This document shows positions 18,316-31,342 of a DNA stretch of 64,000 nt, one piece after another. The notes beneath the pieces were generated by a model. That model worked only from the letters and a program-made list of their open reading frames with translations, ran no database searches and was not told the origin of the DNA. Position numbers and translations under genes: made by a program. This DNA is from an uncultured Clostridia bacterium (GTDB taxonomy: Bacteria > Bacillota > Clostridia > TANB77 > CAG-508). Numbering within the stretch: position 1 is the stretch's first letter; every line of letters begins with the position of its first letter. The stretch spans positions 5,748-69,747 of the forward strand of contig CAUWIY010000006.1 of the NCBI GenBank assembly GCA_963559065.1. Reading direction: 5' to 3'.

Positions 18316-21300
18316 CTATTCTGCAACTTCTTCAAGTTTCTTTTCTGTATCTATATGTGTGTTTTGATATTTTTTCATTCCAGTTCCTGCTGGTATTAAT
18401 TTTCCTATAATAACATTTTCTTTTAGTCCAATTAAATCGTCTGTTTTTCCTTTTATTGCAGCTTCTGTAAGAACTCTTGTTGTCTCTTGGAAAGATGCTG
18501 CTGATAAGAAGCTTTCTGTTGCAAGTGATGCTTTTGTAATACCTAATAATACTCTCTTACCTGTTGCTGGACGTTTACCTTCTGCTATTACTTCATTATT
18601 TTTATCTTCGAATTCATACATATCTACCAATGAACCTGGGAACATATCAGTGTCTCCATTGTCTTCAATTCTTACTTTCTTAAGCATTTGTCTACCAATA
18701 ACCTCAACGTGTTTATCATTAATATCAACACCTTGGTTTCTATAAACTTTTTGAACTTCTGATGTTAAATATTCATAAACCCCTTCTGGTCCTTTTAATG
18801 CTAATATTTCTGATGGATTAATTGAACCTTCAATTAATGGTTCTGCAACATCTACTATGTCTCCATCTTTTACCTTCATTTTAGAACCAAATGGTATTGT
18901 ATAAGTTCTTGAATCATCATTAGATGTAACAATAACTTCTTTCTTTTTCTTTGTTTCTTTAATTTTAACTTTTCCTGCAATTTCAGAAATAATTGCAACA
19001 CCCTTTGGTTTTCTAGCTTCGAATAATTCTTCAACTCTAGGAAGACCTTGTGTAATATCTGCAACACCAGCAACACCACCAGAGTGAATAGTTCTCATTG
19101 TAAGCTGTGTACCTGGTTCACCAATTGATTGAGCAGCAATTATACCTACTGATTCTCCAATTGATACTAAATCTCTTCTTGCTAATCCCATACCATAACA
19201 TTTTTGACATACACCATGTTTTGAACGACAAGCTAAAACTGAACGTACTTCTAGTTTTTCAATTCCACTTGCTACAATTTTTTCTGCAATGTCTTCTGTA
19301 ATCATAGTATTTGTATCAACAATAAGTTCTTTTGTATTTGGATCATATACATCATTTACAACATATCTACCAACAAGTCTTTCTTGCATTTTTTCAATTA
19401 TTTGGTTTCCATCTTTAATATCATAAACAAGTAATCCTTCATGTGTTCCACAATCATGTTCTCTAACAATTATATCTTGAGATACATCAACTAATCTTCT
19501 TGTTAAATATCCTGAGTCAGCTGTTCTTAGCGCTGTATCTGAAAGTCCTTTACGAGCTCCATGGGCAGAAATAAAGTATTCTAACGCATCTAGTCCTTCT
19601 GCAAATGATGATTTAATAGGAATTTCTACCGCTTTACCTGTTGTACTAGCCATAAGTCCACGAATACCAGCAATTTGTCTTAATTGGTTCATGTTACCTC
19701 TGGCTCCAGATTTAACCATCATATATATTGGGTTTAAATCATCAAAGTTATCTTCCATTGCTTGACTAATTTTCTTAGTAGCATCTTCCCAAACTTTGAT
19801 AACTGAATTATATCTTTCATCATTTGTTATTAAACCTCTAGCATATTGTTTTCTAATAGTTTCAATTTGTTTATCAGCTTCTGCTAGTAAGCCTTTTTTA
19901 GCTTCTGGCACTTTAACATCACTCATAGAGAATGTAATACCTGCAAGTGTTGAATATTTAAAACCTAATGATTTAACATAGTCTATTACTTCTGCTGATT
20001 CAACTACACCATGTACACGAATTACTCTTTCAATTATTTGTCCCATTGATTTTTTCATAACTGGGAAATTAATTTCATATTGGAATGGATCTTCTTTTCT
20101 ATCAACAAATCCTAAATCTTGTGGAATTCCTTGATTGAAAATAATTCTACCAACACTTGTCTCTATTTTTTTAGATACTTTTTCTCCATCTATTTCTTTT
20201 GTTATTCTTACAAAGATTTTTGCATGAATACCAACATCATGATTTTCAAAAGCCATAATTGCTTCTTCTGGGTCTTTAAAATATTTGCCTTCGCCTTTTT
20301 CCCCTTCTAAAACCATTGTTAAATAATAACTTCCTAAAATCATGTCTAGTCTAGGCACTGCAACTGGTTTACCATCTTGTGGTTTTAATAAGTTATTTGT
20401 TGCAAGCATTAAATATCTTGCTTCTGCTTGTGCTTCTACAGATAATGGTAAATGCACAGCCATTTGGTCACCATCAAAGTCAGCATTAAATGCTTCACAA
20501 ACTAATGGGTGAAGTTTTATTGCTCTACCTTCTACTAATACTGGTTCAAATGCTTGAATACCTAATCTATGTAGTGTTGGAGCACGGTTCAACATTACTG
20601 GATGGTCTTTAATAACATCTTCTAATATTCCCCAAACTTCTGGTTTTAATCTTTCTACCATTCTTTTTGCACTTTTAATATTTTGTGCAATACCTCTTGC
20701 AACTAATTCCTTCATAACAAATGGTTTGAATAATTCAACAGCCATTTCTTTTGGAAGTCCACATTGGTATATATTTAATTCTGGCCCTACAACAATAACA
20801 GAACGTCCTGAGTAGTCAACCCTCTTACCTAATAAGTTTTGACGGAATCTACCTTGTTTTCCTTTTAACATGTCTGATAAAGATTTTAAAGGTCTATTTC
20901 CAGCACCTGTAACAGGTCTTCCTCTTCTTCCATTATCAATTAAAGCATCTACTGATTCTTGAAGCATTCTCTTTTCATTTCTAACAATGATTTCTGGTGC
21001 TCCTAATTCTAACAATCTTTTTAAACGATTATTTCTATTTATAACTCTTCTATACAAATCATTTAAATCTGATGTAGCAAATCTACCACCATCTAATTGT
21101 ACCATTGGTCTTAAATCTGGCGGAATAACTGGTACTACAGACATTATCATCCATTCTGGTCTTGTATTAGAAATTCTAAAAGCATCTACTGTATCTAACC
21201 TTTTAATTAATTTACTTTTTTTCTGTTCACTAGCACTTTCTAATTCTTTTCTAATTTGTTTTGATAGTTTCTCTAAATCTACTTTTTCTAGTAATTCCTT

Positions 21301-21828
21301 TAAAGCTTCTGCTCCCATTCTTGCTTTAAATGAGCCTCTCCCATATTTTTCTTCTGCTTCATGATATTCTTTTTCTGTCAATACTTGGCAATTTACTAAA
21401 TCAGAAGTACCTTTATCTGTTACAATATAAGAAGCAAAATATACTACTTTTTCAAGGTTTCTTGGTGAAACATCTAAAACTAAAGCAATTCTACTTGGTA
21501 TTCCCTTAAAGTACCAAATGTGAGCAACTGGTGCTGCAAGTTCAATGTGTCCCATTCTTTCTCTTCTAACCTTAGATTTTGTAACTTCAACACCACATCT
21601 ATCACATACAATTCCTTTATATCTAACTCTTTTATACTTCCCACAATGACATTCCCAGTCTTTTGTTGGCCCAAATATTCTTTCACAGAATAAACCATCT
21701 TTTTCTGGTTTTAATGTTCTATAATTAATAGTCTCTGGTTTTTTTACTTCACCTTTTGACCATTCTCTTATTTTTTCATCTGATGCTATTCCTATTTTTA
21801 TTTTATTAAAAATATCTAATTCGTCCAC
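18316..21828 (-). CDS. rpoC: DNA-directed RNA polymerase subunit beta prime
   Basis: NADFDGD catalytic motif, zinc-binding cysteines, 1170 aa. Confidence 0.97.
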   Translation of the reverse strand: MDELDIFNKIKIGIASDEKIREWSKGEVKKPETINYRTLKPEKDGLFCERIFGPTKDWECHCGKYKRVRYKGIVCDRCGVEVTKSKVRRERMGHIELAAPVAHIWYFKGIPSRIALVLDVSPRNLEKVVYFASYIVTDKGTSDLVNCQVLTEKEYHEAEEKYGRGSFKARMGAEALKELLEKVDLEKLSKQIRKELESASEQKKSKLIKRLDTVDAFRISNTRPEWMIMSVVPVIPPDLRPMVQLDGGRFATSDLNDLYRRVINRNNRLKRLLELGAPEIIVRNEKRMLQESVDALIDNGRRGRPVTGAGNRPLKSLSDMLKGKQGRFRQNLLGKRVDYSGRSVIVVGPELNIYQCGLPKEMAVELFKPFVMKELVARGIAQNIKSAKRMVERLKPEVWGILEDVIKDHPVMLNRAPTLHRLGIQAFEPVLVEGRAIKLHPLVCEAFNADFDGDQMAVHLPLSVEAQAEARYLMLATNNLLKPQDGKPVAVPRLDMILGSYYLTMVLEGEKGEGKYFKDPEEAIMAFENHDVGIHAKIFVRITKEIDGEKVSKKIETSVGRIIFNQGIPQDLGFVDRKEDPFQYEINFPVMKKSMGQIIERVIRVHGVVESAEVIDYVKSLGFKYSTLAGITFSMSDVKVPEAKKGLLAEADKQIETIRKQYARGLITNDERYNSVIKVWEDATKKISQAMEDNFDDLNPIYMMVKSGARGNMNQLRQIAGIRGLMASTTGKAVEIPIKSSFAEGLDALEYFISAHGARKGLSDTALRTADSGYLTRRLVDVSQDIIVREHDCGTHEGLLVYDIKDGNQIIEKMQERLVGRYVVNDVYDPNTKELIVDTNTMITEDIAEKIVASGIEKLEVRSVLACRSKHGVCQKCYGMGLARRDLVSIGESVGIIAAQSIGEPGTQLTMRTIHSGGVAGVADITQGLPRVEELFEARKPKGVAIISEIAGKVKIKETKKKKEVIVTSNDDSRTYTIPFGSKMKVKDGDIVDVAEPLIEGSINPSEILALKGPEGVYEYLTSEVQKVYRNQGVDINDKHVEVIGRQMLKKVRIEDNGDTDMFPGSLVDMYEFEDKNNEVIAEGKRPATGKRVLLGITKASLATESFLSAASFQETTRVLTEAAIKGKTDDLIGLKENVIIGKLIPAGTGMKKYQNTHIDTEKKLEEVAE

Positions 21829-22000
21829 AATTTTTTCCCCCTACAAATTTATTATCTTCCAAAAGGGATACATTTAAGCTTTACCAAGCATATATCCCTA
21901 ATTGGATTTTAATTGGGTAACTTCAAAACAAATTTTAATGACTATCCACAGCTCTTGCAATTCCTTTTTGTCGCACTAAATTTTTTTGAAGTTTATTTAA

Positions 22001-25000
22001 TTATTCAATAATATCATCATCATTATCTAAATTATCATTTGCTAAATCATTATCAAAAATAGCTTCATCATCCTCGTCATCTAAATTACCAAATAATTCA
22101 TCACTATCTTCAATTTCCTCTTCATCTAACAAAACATCATCTTCTGAATCTTCTCCATATCCGTCTTGTAAGTCATCTTCATTAACAACTTCTTCTCCGA
22201 TATTTTCACCTTCCACAAGGTTTTTATCGTCTTTTTCTGGGTCGTACTCAATGCCATCTTCTATATTTTCTTTTAATTCTAATTCTTGATTATCTTCAGA
22301 ATATAAACGTATATCTAATCCTAAAGATTGTAATTCTTTAACTAAAACTTTAAAGCTTTCTGGAACTCCTGGTTCAGGAATATTTTCTCCTTTAACAATT
22401 GCTTCATAAGTTTTTACTCTACCTACAACATCATCTGATTTTACTGTTAACATTTCTTGTAATGTATATGATGCACCATAAGCTTCAAGTGCCCAAACTT
22501 CCATCTCTCCAAAACGTTGTCCACCAAATTGAGCTTTACCTCCAAGAGGTTGTTGAGTAACTAATGAGTATGGTCCAGTTGAACGAGCATGAATTTTATC
22601 ATCAACTAAATGGTGTAGTTTAAGCATATACATAACACCAACTGTAATTGGTTTATCAAATGGGTCTCCTGTTCTTCCATCATAAAGAATTGATTTTCCA
22701 TCTTCACTCATACCAGCTTGTTTTAATAGTTCTTCAACATCTTCTTGTGTTGCACCATCAAATACTGGAGTTGATACATGCCATCCTAAAGCTTTTGCAG
22801 CTCCTCCTAAGTGAACTTCTAAAACTTGACCTAAGTTCATACGAGATGGAATACCTAATGGGTTTAATAATATATCAATTGGTGTACCATCTGGTAAGAA
22901 TGGCATATCTTCTTCTGGTAAAATTCTAGAAATAACACCTTTATTTCCATGACGTCCAGCCATTTTATCTCCAACAGAGATTTTTCTTTTTGTTGCTATA
23001 TAACAACGAATAATTTGATTTACTCCAGGTCCTAATTCATCTGAATTATCTCTTGTAAATATTTTTACATCTACAATTGTTCCTGCTTCTCCATGTGGTA
23101 CTCTAAGTGAAGTATCTCTAACTTCTCTAGCTTTTTCTCCAAAGATAGCTCTTAATAGTCTTTCTTCAGCTGTTAGTTCTGTTTCTCCCTTTGGTGTAAC
23201 TTTACCAACCAAAATATCTCCTGGTCTAACTTCTGCACCAATTCTAATTATTCCGTTTTCATCTAAGTCTTTTAATACATCATCACCAACATTTGGAATA
23301 TCTCTTGTAATTTCTTCTGGCCCTAATTTAGTATCACGGCATTCACAATCATATTCTTCAATGTGAATAGATGTAAATACATCTTCTTTTACTAGTCTTT
23401 CGTTTAAAAGAATAGCATCCTCGTAGTTATATCCTTCCCATGTTGAGAATGCAACTACACAGTTCTTTCCTAATGACATTTCTCCATCTTTTGTTGATGG
23501 TCCATCTGCAATAGCGTCACCTTTTTTAACAATTTCGCCTTTTTTAACTATTGGTCTTTGGTTAATACAAGTTCCACCATTTGTTCTCTTAAATTTACGT
23601 AATTTATGTACAACTGTTTTTCCATTTTTATATTTTACAGTAATTGCGTCTCCAGTTACTTTTTCAATTGTTCCATCATCTTCTGCTAATATTAAAATTC
23701 CAGAATCTTTTGCAGCTCTGTATTCCATACCAGTTCCAACAATTGGTCTTTCTGTAATCATAAGAGGAACAGCTTGACGTTGCATGTTTGAACCCATTAA
23801 AGATCTTTTTGCATCATCATGCTCTAAGAATGGAATCATTGCAGCAGCGATAGAAACTAATTGTTTTGGTGATACATCTAAATATTGTACTTTATCTTTG
23901 TCAACCTCTATAATTTCATTTTTGAATCTTACTCTTATTCTATCATTAATAAATTCATTGTTTTCATCCATTGGTTCAGATGCTTGAGCAATAATATAAT
24001 TATCTTCTACATCTGCACTCATATATTCTACAATATCTGTAGCTCTATGTGTTTCTGGATCAATCTTACGATATGGAGTTTCAATAAATCCATATTCATT
24101 AATATTTGCAAATGAAGAAAGTGCAGAAATAAGTCCAATGTTTGGTCCTTCTGGTGATTCAATAGGACATAATCTACCATAATGTGTATAGTGAACGTCT
24201 CTAACTTCGAATCCCGCTCTTTCTCTTGTTAATCCACCAGGTCCTAATGCAGAAATTCTTCTTTTATGTGTTAATTCAGAAAGTGGGTTTGTTTGATCCA
24301 TGAATTGTGATAATTGAGAGCTTCCAAAGAATTCTCTAATAGCAGATGTTATAGGTTTTGTATTAATTAAAGTTTGTGGTGTTACAACATCTAAATCTTG
24401 AATTGTCATTCTTTCTCTAACAACTCTTTCTAATCTTGTTAAACCAATTCTAAATTGATTTTGTAATAATTCACCAACACATCTAATTCTACGGTTAGCT
24501 AAATGGTCAATATCATCAATTTTACCAATTCCATGAACTAAGTTTAATAGATAGTTAACAGAAGCTATCATATCTTCTGTTGTAATATGTTTAGGAATTA
24601 GTTCATCCATTCTTTCTTGTAAAGTCTTTAATAAATCTTTTTCATCAGTATTATCAATAATATCTTTTAATACTTGATAATTTACCATTTCTTTAATGTG
24701 TAATGAACCTAATTCAACTGTTGGTAATACTTTATGAATATTAACTGTTCCATTTCCTATAACTTTAACTGTTTTTTCTCCAACAACAACTTCTACAACA
24801 TTAATTCCTGAGTTTTGAATGTCTTCTGCTACATCTTCTGTAATTATTTCATTTGCTTGTACTAAAACTTCTCCTGTTTCATCATCAATAATGTCTTTAG
24901 CAGCCACTTGTCCTGTAATTCTAGTTGCTAAACTTAATTTTTGATTAAATTTATAACGTCCTACTTTTGCTAAGTCATATCTTCTATTATCATAGAATAA

Positions 25001-25783
25001 TCCATCAAATAAATTTCTAGCAGCATCTACAGTTGGAAGTTCTCCTGGTCTTAATTTTTTATAGATTTCAATTAATGCTTCTTCTTGTGTTTTTATTACA
25101 TCTTTTGAAATTGTAGCATTAATTAATTCTTCCTCTCCAAATAAATCTCTAATTTGGTCATCTGTTACAAGTCCAATTGCTCTTAACAAAGTTGTAACTG
25201 GAATTTTTCTTGTTCTATCAACACGTACATAAAAAATATCATTTCCATCTGTTTCATATTCTAACCATGCACCTCTTAATGGCATAACTGTTGATGTAAA
25301 AGTTTTCTTTCCTGTTTTTGTATCAAACTCTTGTGCATAATAACATCCAGGTGAACGTACTAATTGGCTTACTACAACTCTTTCTGCACCATTTATAATA
25401 AATGTTCCACTATCTGTCATAAGTGGGAAATCACCTAAGTAGATTTCTTGTTCTTTAATTTCTCCTGTTTCACGGTTAATTAATCTTACTTTTACATGTA
25501 GTCTTGTAGAATATGTTGCATCTCTTTCTTTTGCCTCTTCCATTGAATATTTTGTTTTGTCTTCCATGTAGTAATCAAAAAACTCAAGAACTAGATTTCC
25601 AGAATAATCTTCAATTGGGGAAATATCTTTTAATACTTCGCCTAACCCTTCTTCTACAAACCAGTCATATGAATCTTTTTGTACTTTTATTAGGTTTGGC
25701 ATTTCAATAAAATCTCCAACTTTAGCAAAATCTTTTCTTGAGGCTTTTTCGTATTGAACGTCTTTAATTTTCAAAAAAATCAC
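22001..25783 (-). CDS. rpoB: DNA-directed RNA polymerase subunit beta, with an unusual poly-acidic C-terminal tail of about 90 aa
   Basis: Full-length RpoB core. C-terminus ..[76 protein letters not shown]. Confidence 0.97.
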   Translation of the reverse strand: MIFLKIKDVQYEKASRKDFAKVGDFIEMPNLIKVQKDSYDWFVEEGLGEVLKDISPIEDYSGNLVLEFFDYYMEDKTKYSMEEAKERDATYSTRLHVKVRLINRETGEIKEQEIYLGDFPLMTDSGTFIINGAERVVVSQLVRSPGCYYAQEFDTKTGKKTFTSTVMPLRGAWLEYETDGNDIFYVRVDRTRKIPVTTLLRAIGLVTDDQIRDLFGEEELINATISKDVIKTQEEALIEIYKKLRPGELPTVDAARNLFDGLFYDNRRYDLAKVGRYKFNQKLSLATRITGQVAAKDIIDDETGEVLVQANEIITEDVAEDIQNSGINVVEVVVGEKTVKVIGNGTVNIHKVLPTVELGSLHIKEMVNYQVLKDIIDNTDEKDLLKTLQERMDELIPKHITTEDMIASVNYLLNLVHGIGKIDDIDHLANRRIRCVGELLQNQFRIGLTRLERVVRERMTIQDLDVVTPQTLINTKPITSAIREFFGSSQLSQFMDQTNPLSELTHKRRISALGPGGLTRERAGFEVRDVHYTHYGRLCPIESPEGPNIGLISALSSFANINEYGFIETPYRKIDPETHRATDIVEYMSADVEDNYIIAQASEPMDENNEFINDRIRVRFKNEIIEVDKDKVQYLDVSPKQLVSIAAAMIPFLEHDDAKRSLMGSNMQRQAVPLMITERPIVGTGMEYRAAKDSGILILAEDDGTIEKVTGDAITVKYKNGKTVVHKLRKFKRTNGGTCINQRPIVKKGEIVKKGDAIADGPSTKDGEMSLGKNCVVAFSTWEGYNYEDAILLNERLVKEDVFTSIHIEEYDCECRDTKLGPEEITRDIPNVGDDVLKDLDENGIIRIGAEVRPGDILVGKVTPKGETELTAEERLLRAIFGEKAREVRDTSLRVPHGEAGTIVDVKIFTRDNSDELGPGVNQIIRCYIATKRKISVGDKMAGRHGNKGVISRILPEEDMPFLPDGTPIDILLNPLGIPSRMNLGQVLEVHLGGAAKALGWHVSTPVFDGATQEDVEELLKQAGMSEDGKSILYDGRTGDPFDKPITVGVMYMLKLHHLVDDKIHARSTGPYSLVTQQPLGGKAQFGGQRFGEMEVWALEAYGASYTLQEMLTVKSDDVVGRVKTYEAIVKGENIPEPGVPESFKVLVKELQSLGLDIRLYSEDNQELELKENIEDGIEYDPEKDDKNLVEGENIGEEVVNEDDLQDGYGEDSEDDVLLDEEEIEDSDELFGNLDDEDDEAIFDNDLANDNLDNDDDIIE

Positions 25784-26258
25784 TCCTTATAAAAATTTGA
25801 AGCAGCATTTAAAATTCTAGGGAAAGTGTAAGAACACCTGACACATCATCTACAATTATTTAATTCAAATAGCATAGTTTATAAATGAATATGCCTAGAA
25901 AATAAAATACAAATCATTAATTTGTATTTTTATATTTATTTTGATTTTAAGAAAAGTCCTTCTTAGAATATAGTTAATATAAAAATCAATTAAAATTGTC
26001 TGCTCATACAATAAAAATTGATATTATTTAAATATATTTAATTCCTCTTTTCTTAAATTTTAAACTATATTGTATTTTAAAAATTCTTTTGAATAAAATT
26101 TAACTTTATGCTTTAATTCATCACATAAATTCACACTATATGATACCATATTATGGTATGAAATGTCAATAATTTTTCCCAAAAAAATCCTTTAATATAG
26201 GTAAAATTTTGACCAATAACAAAATTACTATTTTATTTAATTTTATTTTGCATATATT

Positions 26259-26287
26259 TTGACAATATTTTATTTATATAGTACAAT
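26259..26287 (+). promoter_or_regulatory. Sigma-A type promoter candidate (TTGACA-17-TACAAT) for the DUF368 gene
   Basis: Consensus -35, 17-bp spacer, near-consensus -10, about 35 bp upstream of the start codon. Confidence 0.4.
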
Positions 26288-26321
26288 GTAACAGTCAAAA
26301 AAATTTAAAAGGAGAAAACAT

Positions 26322-27224
26322 ATGAAAAAACTAAAAGAACTAATTATGAACTTTATTCAGGGATTTTGTATGTCATTAGCAGACAGTGTTCCTGGTGTGT
26401 CTGGTGGAACAATAGCCTTTTTATTAGGATTTTATGACGAATTTATAGGTTCCCTAGATAATTTATTTAGAGGAAATCTGGAAGAGAAAAAATCAGCCTT
26501 AAAATTCTTAATAAAATTAGGTGTTGGCTGGATAATTGGTTTTGGAATAGCTTCAACAATTTTATCTAGTCTATTCCATACACAAATTTATGCCATGAGC
26601 TCTTTATTTATAGGTTTTATTATATTTGCTATTCCTATTGTTATCCATGAAGAAAAAGAAGTATTAAAAGGCAATTACAAAAATATTATTTTTACAATTT
26701 TAGGAATCGCCTTTGTTGTTATAATCACAATGTTAACTTCTTCTAATGGTCAAGGAGTTAGCCTTGCTAATCCAAATATAGGAACTTATATTTACATTTT
26801 TATAGCAGCTGCAATTGCTATTTCTGCAATGGTTTTACCTGGTATATCTGGTTCTACTCTTTTATTAATATTTGGAATATATATCCCTATAATAAATGCT
26901 GTAAAAGACTTTTTCCATTTTAACTTTTCTAACATAGGAATTTTGATTGTTTTTGGTCTTGGTATGATTGCTGGAATTGTAACTTTTGTAAGACTAATTA
27001 AAAAAGCTTTAAAAAATTACAGAAGTCAATCTATTTATGCAATTATCGGAATGATGATAGGTTCTCTTTATTCTATAGTAATGGGGCCTACTACTTTATC
27101 AGAACCACAAGCTGCTATGTCATTTGGAACTTTTAACTTTTTATTTTTTGCATTAGGTATTTTAATTTTGGTTGCTTTACAAGCATTAAAATTCTGGATG
27201 GAAAAAAGTAAAAACTCAAAATAA
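26322..27224 (+). CDS. DUF368 family membrane protein (PopT-type candidate undecaprenyl-phosphate translocase)
   Basis: DSVPGVSGGT and PGISGST repeats typical of DUF368. Polytopic membrane protein. Confidence 0.75.
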   Translation: MKKLKELIMNFIQGFCMSLADSVPGVSGGTIAFLLGFYDEFIGSLDNLFRGNLEEKKSALKFLIKLGVGWIIGFGIASTILSSLFHTQIYAMSSLFIGFIIFAIPIVIHEEKEVLKGNYKNIIFTILGIAFVVIITMLTSSNGQGVSLANPNIGTYIYIFIAAAIAISAMVLPGISGSTLLLIFGIYIPIINAVKDFFHFNFSNIGILIVFGLGMIAGIVTFVRLIKKALKNYRSQSIYAIIGMMIGSLYSIVMGPTTLSEPQAAMSFGTFNFLFFALGILILVALQALKFWMEKSKNSK

Positions 27225-27228
27225 TAGA

Positions 27229-27262
27229 AAAAACCAATTATTAATCTTAATAATTGGTTTTT
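27229..27262. terminator. Bidirectional rho-independent terminator
   Basis: Perfect hairpin AAAACCAATTATTA-atc-TTAATAATTGGTTTT with flanking T-runs. Confidence 0.55.
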
Positions 27263-27292
27263 TCTATTCTACAAATTACTATATCCTCAAAA

Positions 27293-28516
27293 CTAGTTTT
27301 CCCTTTCTATTTCATTCACAGTTTCTTTTTCTTCCTCATCTTTAATTTTATTTCTATTATCAACAAAATCAGTCAAAATTGTTCTTATAACAACTGCTAT
27401 TGGAACTGCCAAAAACATACCTACAATTCCAAAATATGCTCCACCAATAGAAATTGAGAAAAGAACTAGTAATGGACTTGTTTTTAATGAATATCCTATT
27501 ATCTTTGGATTAATAATATTAGCATCAATTTGTTGTAAAACTATAACAACTATAGCCATAATTAACGCTTGCCCAAATCCACCTGTAATAAATGTTATAA
27601 AAATCCCTATTCCAACAGCTACAATCGCACCAACATATGGTATCATATTAAATAATCCAATAATAAATCCTATTAAAGGTGCATATTTTACTTTTAATAT
27701 TAACATAGCAATTGTAGTTAAAATTCCAACAATAAACGCATCTAACAACTGACTAGAAATAAATGTAAAAAACACCTCATTTCCTTTTGTAAAATATTTG
27801 TTTACAGCTTCATATGTATCTTTATTAAATATTGCTCTTGCAAATCTTCTCAAAAACCTTACAATTGAAGTTCTTTGTAATAATATATACACAGATACAA
27901 CAATTGAAACAAATACATCAAAAATTCCAGAAAATACGTTAATAACACTTTTAACATATTGCATTATTTGTTCATTATTAAAATTCAAGAATTGTTTTAT
28001 ATCTACATTAATAAATTCATTCATTTTTTCTTTTATAATTTCACTTTTAAAAAATGAATCTTCTGGTAATTCATTATATTGTTGTACCAATGTATTATAA
28101 TAATTTGGAATATTTCCAACTAATTCAACAACACTATCTTTTACAAGTGGGAAAATACAATTAATAACAACTATAATAATTATTACAAATATTATATATG
28201 TTGTCACTACAGACAATCCTCTTGCCCTTTTAGAAATAAACTTCACTTTTACCTTTTTATATAAATTTTCCATATTTCTACATGGTATAAATAAAATATA
28301 AGATATTAATAAACCAATTAAAAACGGTTTTAAAATAACAAATAATTGACCAAACCACTCCTGAACACTAGAAAAATTATCTAATAATTTATATACCACG
28401 ACTACTACAATTGCAATTAATAGCCAAGAAGTTCTTTTTTTCCAATTTTGTTTAACTTCACCCATTCTTTTCATTCCCTTCTTATATTTATTACAAATAT
28501 AAATAATAAATAACAA
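27293..28516 (-). CDS. AI-2E family transporter (UPF0118/PerM-like)
   Basis: 407 aa with 8 TM helices and characteristic family topology. Confidence 0.75.
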   Translation of the reverse strand: MLFIIYICNKYKKGMKRMGEVKQNWKKRTSWLLIAIVVVVVYKLLDNFSSVQEWFGQLFVILKPFLIGLLISYILFIPCRNMENLYKKVKVKFISKRARGLSVVTTYIIFVIIIIVVINCIFPLVKDSVVELVGNIPNYYNTLVQQYNELPEDSFFKSEIIKEKMNEFINVDIKQFLNFNNEQIMQYVKSVINVFSGIFDVFVSIVVSVYILLQRTSIVRFLRRFARAIFNKDTYEAVNKYFTKGNEVFFTFISSQLLDAFIVGILTTIAMLILKVKYAPLIGFIIGLFNMIPYVGAIVAVGIGIFITFITGGFGQALIMAIVVIVLQQIDANIINPKIIGYSLKTSPLLVLFSISIGGAYFGIVGMFLAVPIAVVIRTILTDFVDNRNKIKDEEEKETVNEIEREN

Positions 28517-28527
28517 CTTTTATACTT

Positions 28528-29286
28528 TTACAAATTTTCTATTTCTAGTTCAACTGGACAATGGTCACTTCCCATTATTTCTGAATATATACTTGCTTCT
28601 TTTATTTTATCTTCAATTGATTTTGATACAATAAAATAATCAATTCTCCAGCCAATATTTTTTTCTCTTGCACGCCCCATATAAGACCACCAACTATACG
28701 CGTTTTCTTTATCTGGGTATAAAAATCGAAAACTATCTGTAAAGCCAGCATTCAACAATTCTGTCATTTTGTTTCTTTCTTCATCTGTAAATCCCGCATT
28801 ACCTCTGTTATTTTTAGGATTTTTTAGGTCTATTTCCTTATGCGCTACATTTAAATCACCACACATAATTACTGGTTTTACATTATTTAGTTTCAATAAA
28901 TATTTTCTAATTTCATCTTCCCAAATTTGCCTATATTCCAGTCTTTCTAATCCTCTCTTTGAATTTGGTGTATATATATCTACCATAAAAAACTTTTCAA
29001 ATTCTAAAGTAATTACTCTTCCCTCTTTGTCATGTTCCTCTATCCCAATTCCATATGTTACATTTATTGGTTCTATTTTAGTAAATATTGCTGTTCCAGA
29101 ATACCCCTTTTTTTCTGCACTATTCCAATAGCTTTTATATCCATCAAAATTTAAGTCTACTTGATCTGGCTGACATTTTGTTTCTTGAATACAAAAAATA
29201 TCTGCATCAACTGTTTTAAAAAACTGTTCAAATCCTTTTTGTAAACACGCTCTTATTCCATTTACATTCCATGATACAAATTTCAT
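28528..29286 (-). CDS. xth: Exodeoxyribonuclease III
   Basis: MKFVSWNVNGIRA.., and the C-terminal SDHCPV motif of the ExoIII/APE family. Confidence 0.9.
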   Translation of the reverse strand: MKFVSWNVNGIRACLQKGFEQFFKTVDADIFCIQETKCQPDQVDLNFDGYKSYWNSAEKKGYSGTAIFTKIEPINVTYGIGIEEHDKEGRVITLEFEKFFMVDIYTPNSKRGLERLEYRQIWEDEIRKYLLKLNNVKPVIMCGDLNVAHKEIDLKNPKNNRGNAGFTDEERNKMTELLNAGFTDSFRFLYPDKENAYSWWSYMGRAREKNIGWRIDYFIVSKSIEDKIKEASIYSEIMGSDHCPVELEIENL

Positions 29287-29432
29287 TAAAATCTCCTTTC
29301 TACTTTTTATTCTGTTTTACATTATATAAAAATAAAAGTGCACTCTAAATGTCAAATTTTGCTTAACATTTGAGGTACACTTAATTTTTATAATTTTTAA
29401 TCATTATATTTAAACCATTTGCTATATTAAAA

Positions 29433-30395
29433 TTATTTAGCAACACTAACTGGTAAATATCTGACACCCCATGCTAATGCTTCTGCATGTGAGTTTACAA
29501 ATATATCTATTTTATTTCCTTTAATTGCTCCACCTCTATCTTGAACTGTATATATATGCCCATTAATGTTTAACTTTGTTCCAAAAGCAAATTTTGATGA
29601 AGCCGCTACAGTTACACCAGCAGTAGCTCTTGCCCCTGAAGCAGTAATTCCGTTAGTTTTACCACAACATTTTGTACAAGGACAATATGCTGTTATTTTA
29701 TATATTTCTGTACCACTTCCACTTGGTACATTTGCTGTTCTTTCATTAATTCCAGACCTTGATGTTACAACTTTTTTATTTACTTGAACTATTTTGTTTA
29801 CTGGTTCTTTAATAATTTTTTCTGATAATTGAACTTTTTCTATTTCAACATCATTTTGATATTTTACTTTATAAGTTATTTCTTTTAGTCCGTCTTTTCC
29901 TTGTTTAATAACTTTATTTGTAGTATTTGTTGATGTCCCTGCTGTATTTTTTGTAATTGTTTCAAATGGTATAGCAACTTGCTCAACAACTATTTTTTCT
30001 GTAATTGGTGCATAATTATTCATTAATTGTTCTAATGTTGTTTCTACTCCTGTTTGAGAAACTTCTGCTATTTGTACTTCTGTATAAGATTTATCTACTA
30101 TTTTTATAATAGTACCTTCTTCTACTGTTTCTTCTAAATCTGGTAAAGTCTTTTCGTTTTCTTCTAATATAATGTTATTTTCTTTTAATATATCTTGTAC
30201 TGTAGATTTAGATGTCAAAGTTGTTAATTCATATCCGTTTTTTAAAATAATTTTAATATCCTTTAAGTTTGTATTAACTGCCATAACTCCTATTCCTGAA
30301 AGCAAAATTAAGATAAGACTAATACACATAATTTTCATTATAGAAATTGAAGCTTTTTCTTGATTTTTCATAAAAATATTTACCTCCTTTGGCAA
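29433..30395 (-). CDS. 3D-domain cell-wall protein (YuiC/MltA-like stationary-phase survival protein)
   Basis: C-terminal 3D domain (ITAYCPCTKCCGK...GAIKGNKIDIF) and an N-terminal signal anchor. Confidence 0.7.
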   Translation of the reverse strand: MPKEVNIFMKNQEKASISIMKIMCISLILILLSGIGVMAVNTNLKDIKIILKNGYELTTLTSKSTVQDILKENNIILEENEKTLPDLEETVEEGTIIKIVDKSYTEVQIAEVSQTGVETTLEQLMNNYAPITEKIVVEQVAIPFETITKNTAGTSTNTTNKVIKQGKDGLKEITYKVKYQNDVEIEKVQLSEKIIKEPVNKIVQVNKKVVTSRSGINERTANVPSGSGTEIYKITAYCPCTKCCGKTNGITASGARATAGVTVAASSKFAFGTKLNINGHIYTVQDRGGAIKGNKIDIFVNSHAEALAWGVRYLPVSVAK

Positions 30396-30684
30396 TACAA
30401 TTTATATTATATCATTTTTTTGCATTTTTGTCAAATTTGTCCAAAAACCGGATAGTGTCAATTTATTTCGGGAAATTTATTAAATTTTTCACATTTATTT
30501 TTTCAAAATTTTTTAGCTTGTTTCACTGAAGATTGTATATCATTCTGTTCTATTATATTCTTATTTACTAAAACTAGAACAGATTTTATAAATTAATATA
30601 TTTTTTAACAAAATGAATAAAAACATTGTATAATAAGTAATAATATGTTATGATATTTTCATAAATAAAAAAGGAGGCAATAAT

Positions 30685-31245
30685 ATGGGTTGGATTATAT
30701 TAATTATAGTAATTGCATTAATTATCTTTGTAATTTCAATGTACAATGGATTAGTATCTGCAAGAATAAAAGTAGATAATGCTTGGAGTCAAATTGATGT
30801 ACAATTACAAAGAAGATTTGACTTGATTCCAAATTTTGTAGAAACTGTAAAAGGATACGCATCACATGAAACTGAAACACTTGAAAAAGTAACAGAATTA
30901 AGAACATCTTGGACAAATGCTAATACAATTTCAGAAAAAGCAGAATTGGATAATCAATTATCAAGTGCGTTAAAAACAATTATGGCTGTATCTGAAAACT
31001 ATCCTGATTTAAAAGCAAATGAAAACTTTGCTCAATTAGCAGAAGAATTAAGAAATACAGAAAATAAAATTTCTTTCTCAAGACAATTTTATAATGATAC
31101 AGTAACAATGTATAATGAAAAATTACAAATTTTCCCTTCAAACATTATCGCTAATATGTTCCATTTTACTTCTCGCGACTTATTCACAACAGATAGTGAT
31201 GAAGCAAGAAAAAATGTAAAAGTTGATTTTGGAAAAAACGCATAA
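30685..31245 (+). CDS. lemA: LemA family protein
   Basis: N-terminal TM plus a LemA-conserved region. Followed by htpX, the usual pair. Confidence 0.85.
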   Translation: MGWIILIIVIALIIFVISMYNGLVSARIKVDNAWSQIDVQLQRRFDLIPNFVETVKGYASHETETLEKVTELRTSWTNANTISEKAELDNQLSSALKTIMAVSENYPDLKANENFAQLAEELRNTENKISFSRQFYNDTVTMYNEKLQIFPSNIIANMFHFTSRDLFTTDSDEARKNVKVDFGKNA

Positions 31246-31342
31246 ATAAAATTTTAGAAATTAAAATTTAAAAAATATCGCAATTTAAATATAGATAGGG
31301 GGTACTTTTTAAGTAGCCCTTTTCTGTAATAGGAGGTGTAAC

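Noticed and set aside
25784-26321. Long AT-rich rpoB upstream region as a mobile element or riboswitch
   Set aside because: Only a simple hairpin is present (about 25905-25932). There are no conserved riboswitch motifs or terminal repeats. It is most likely the rpoB leader and promoter region.
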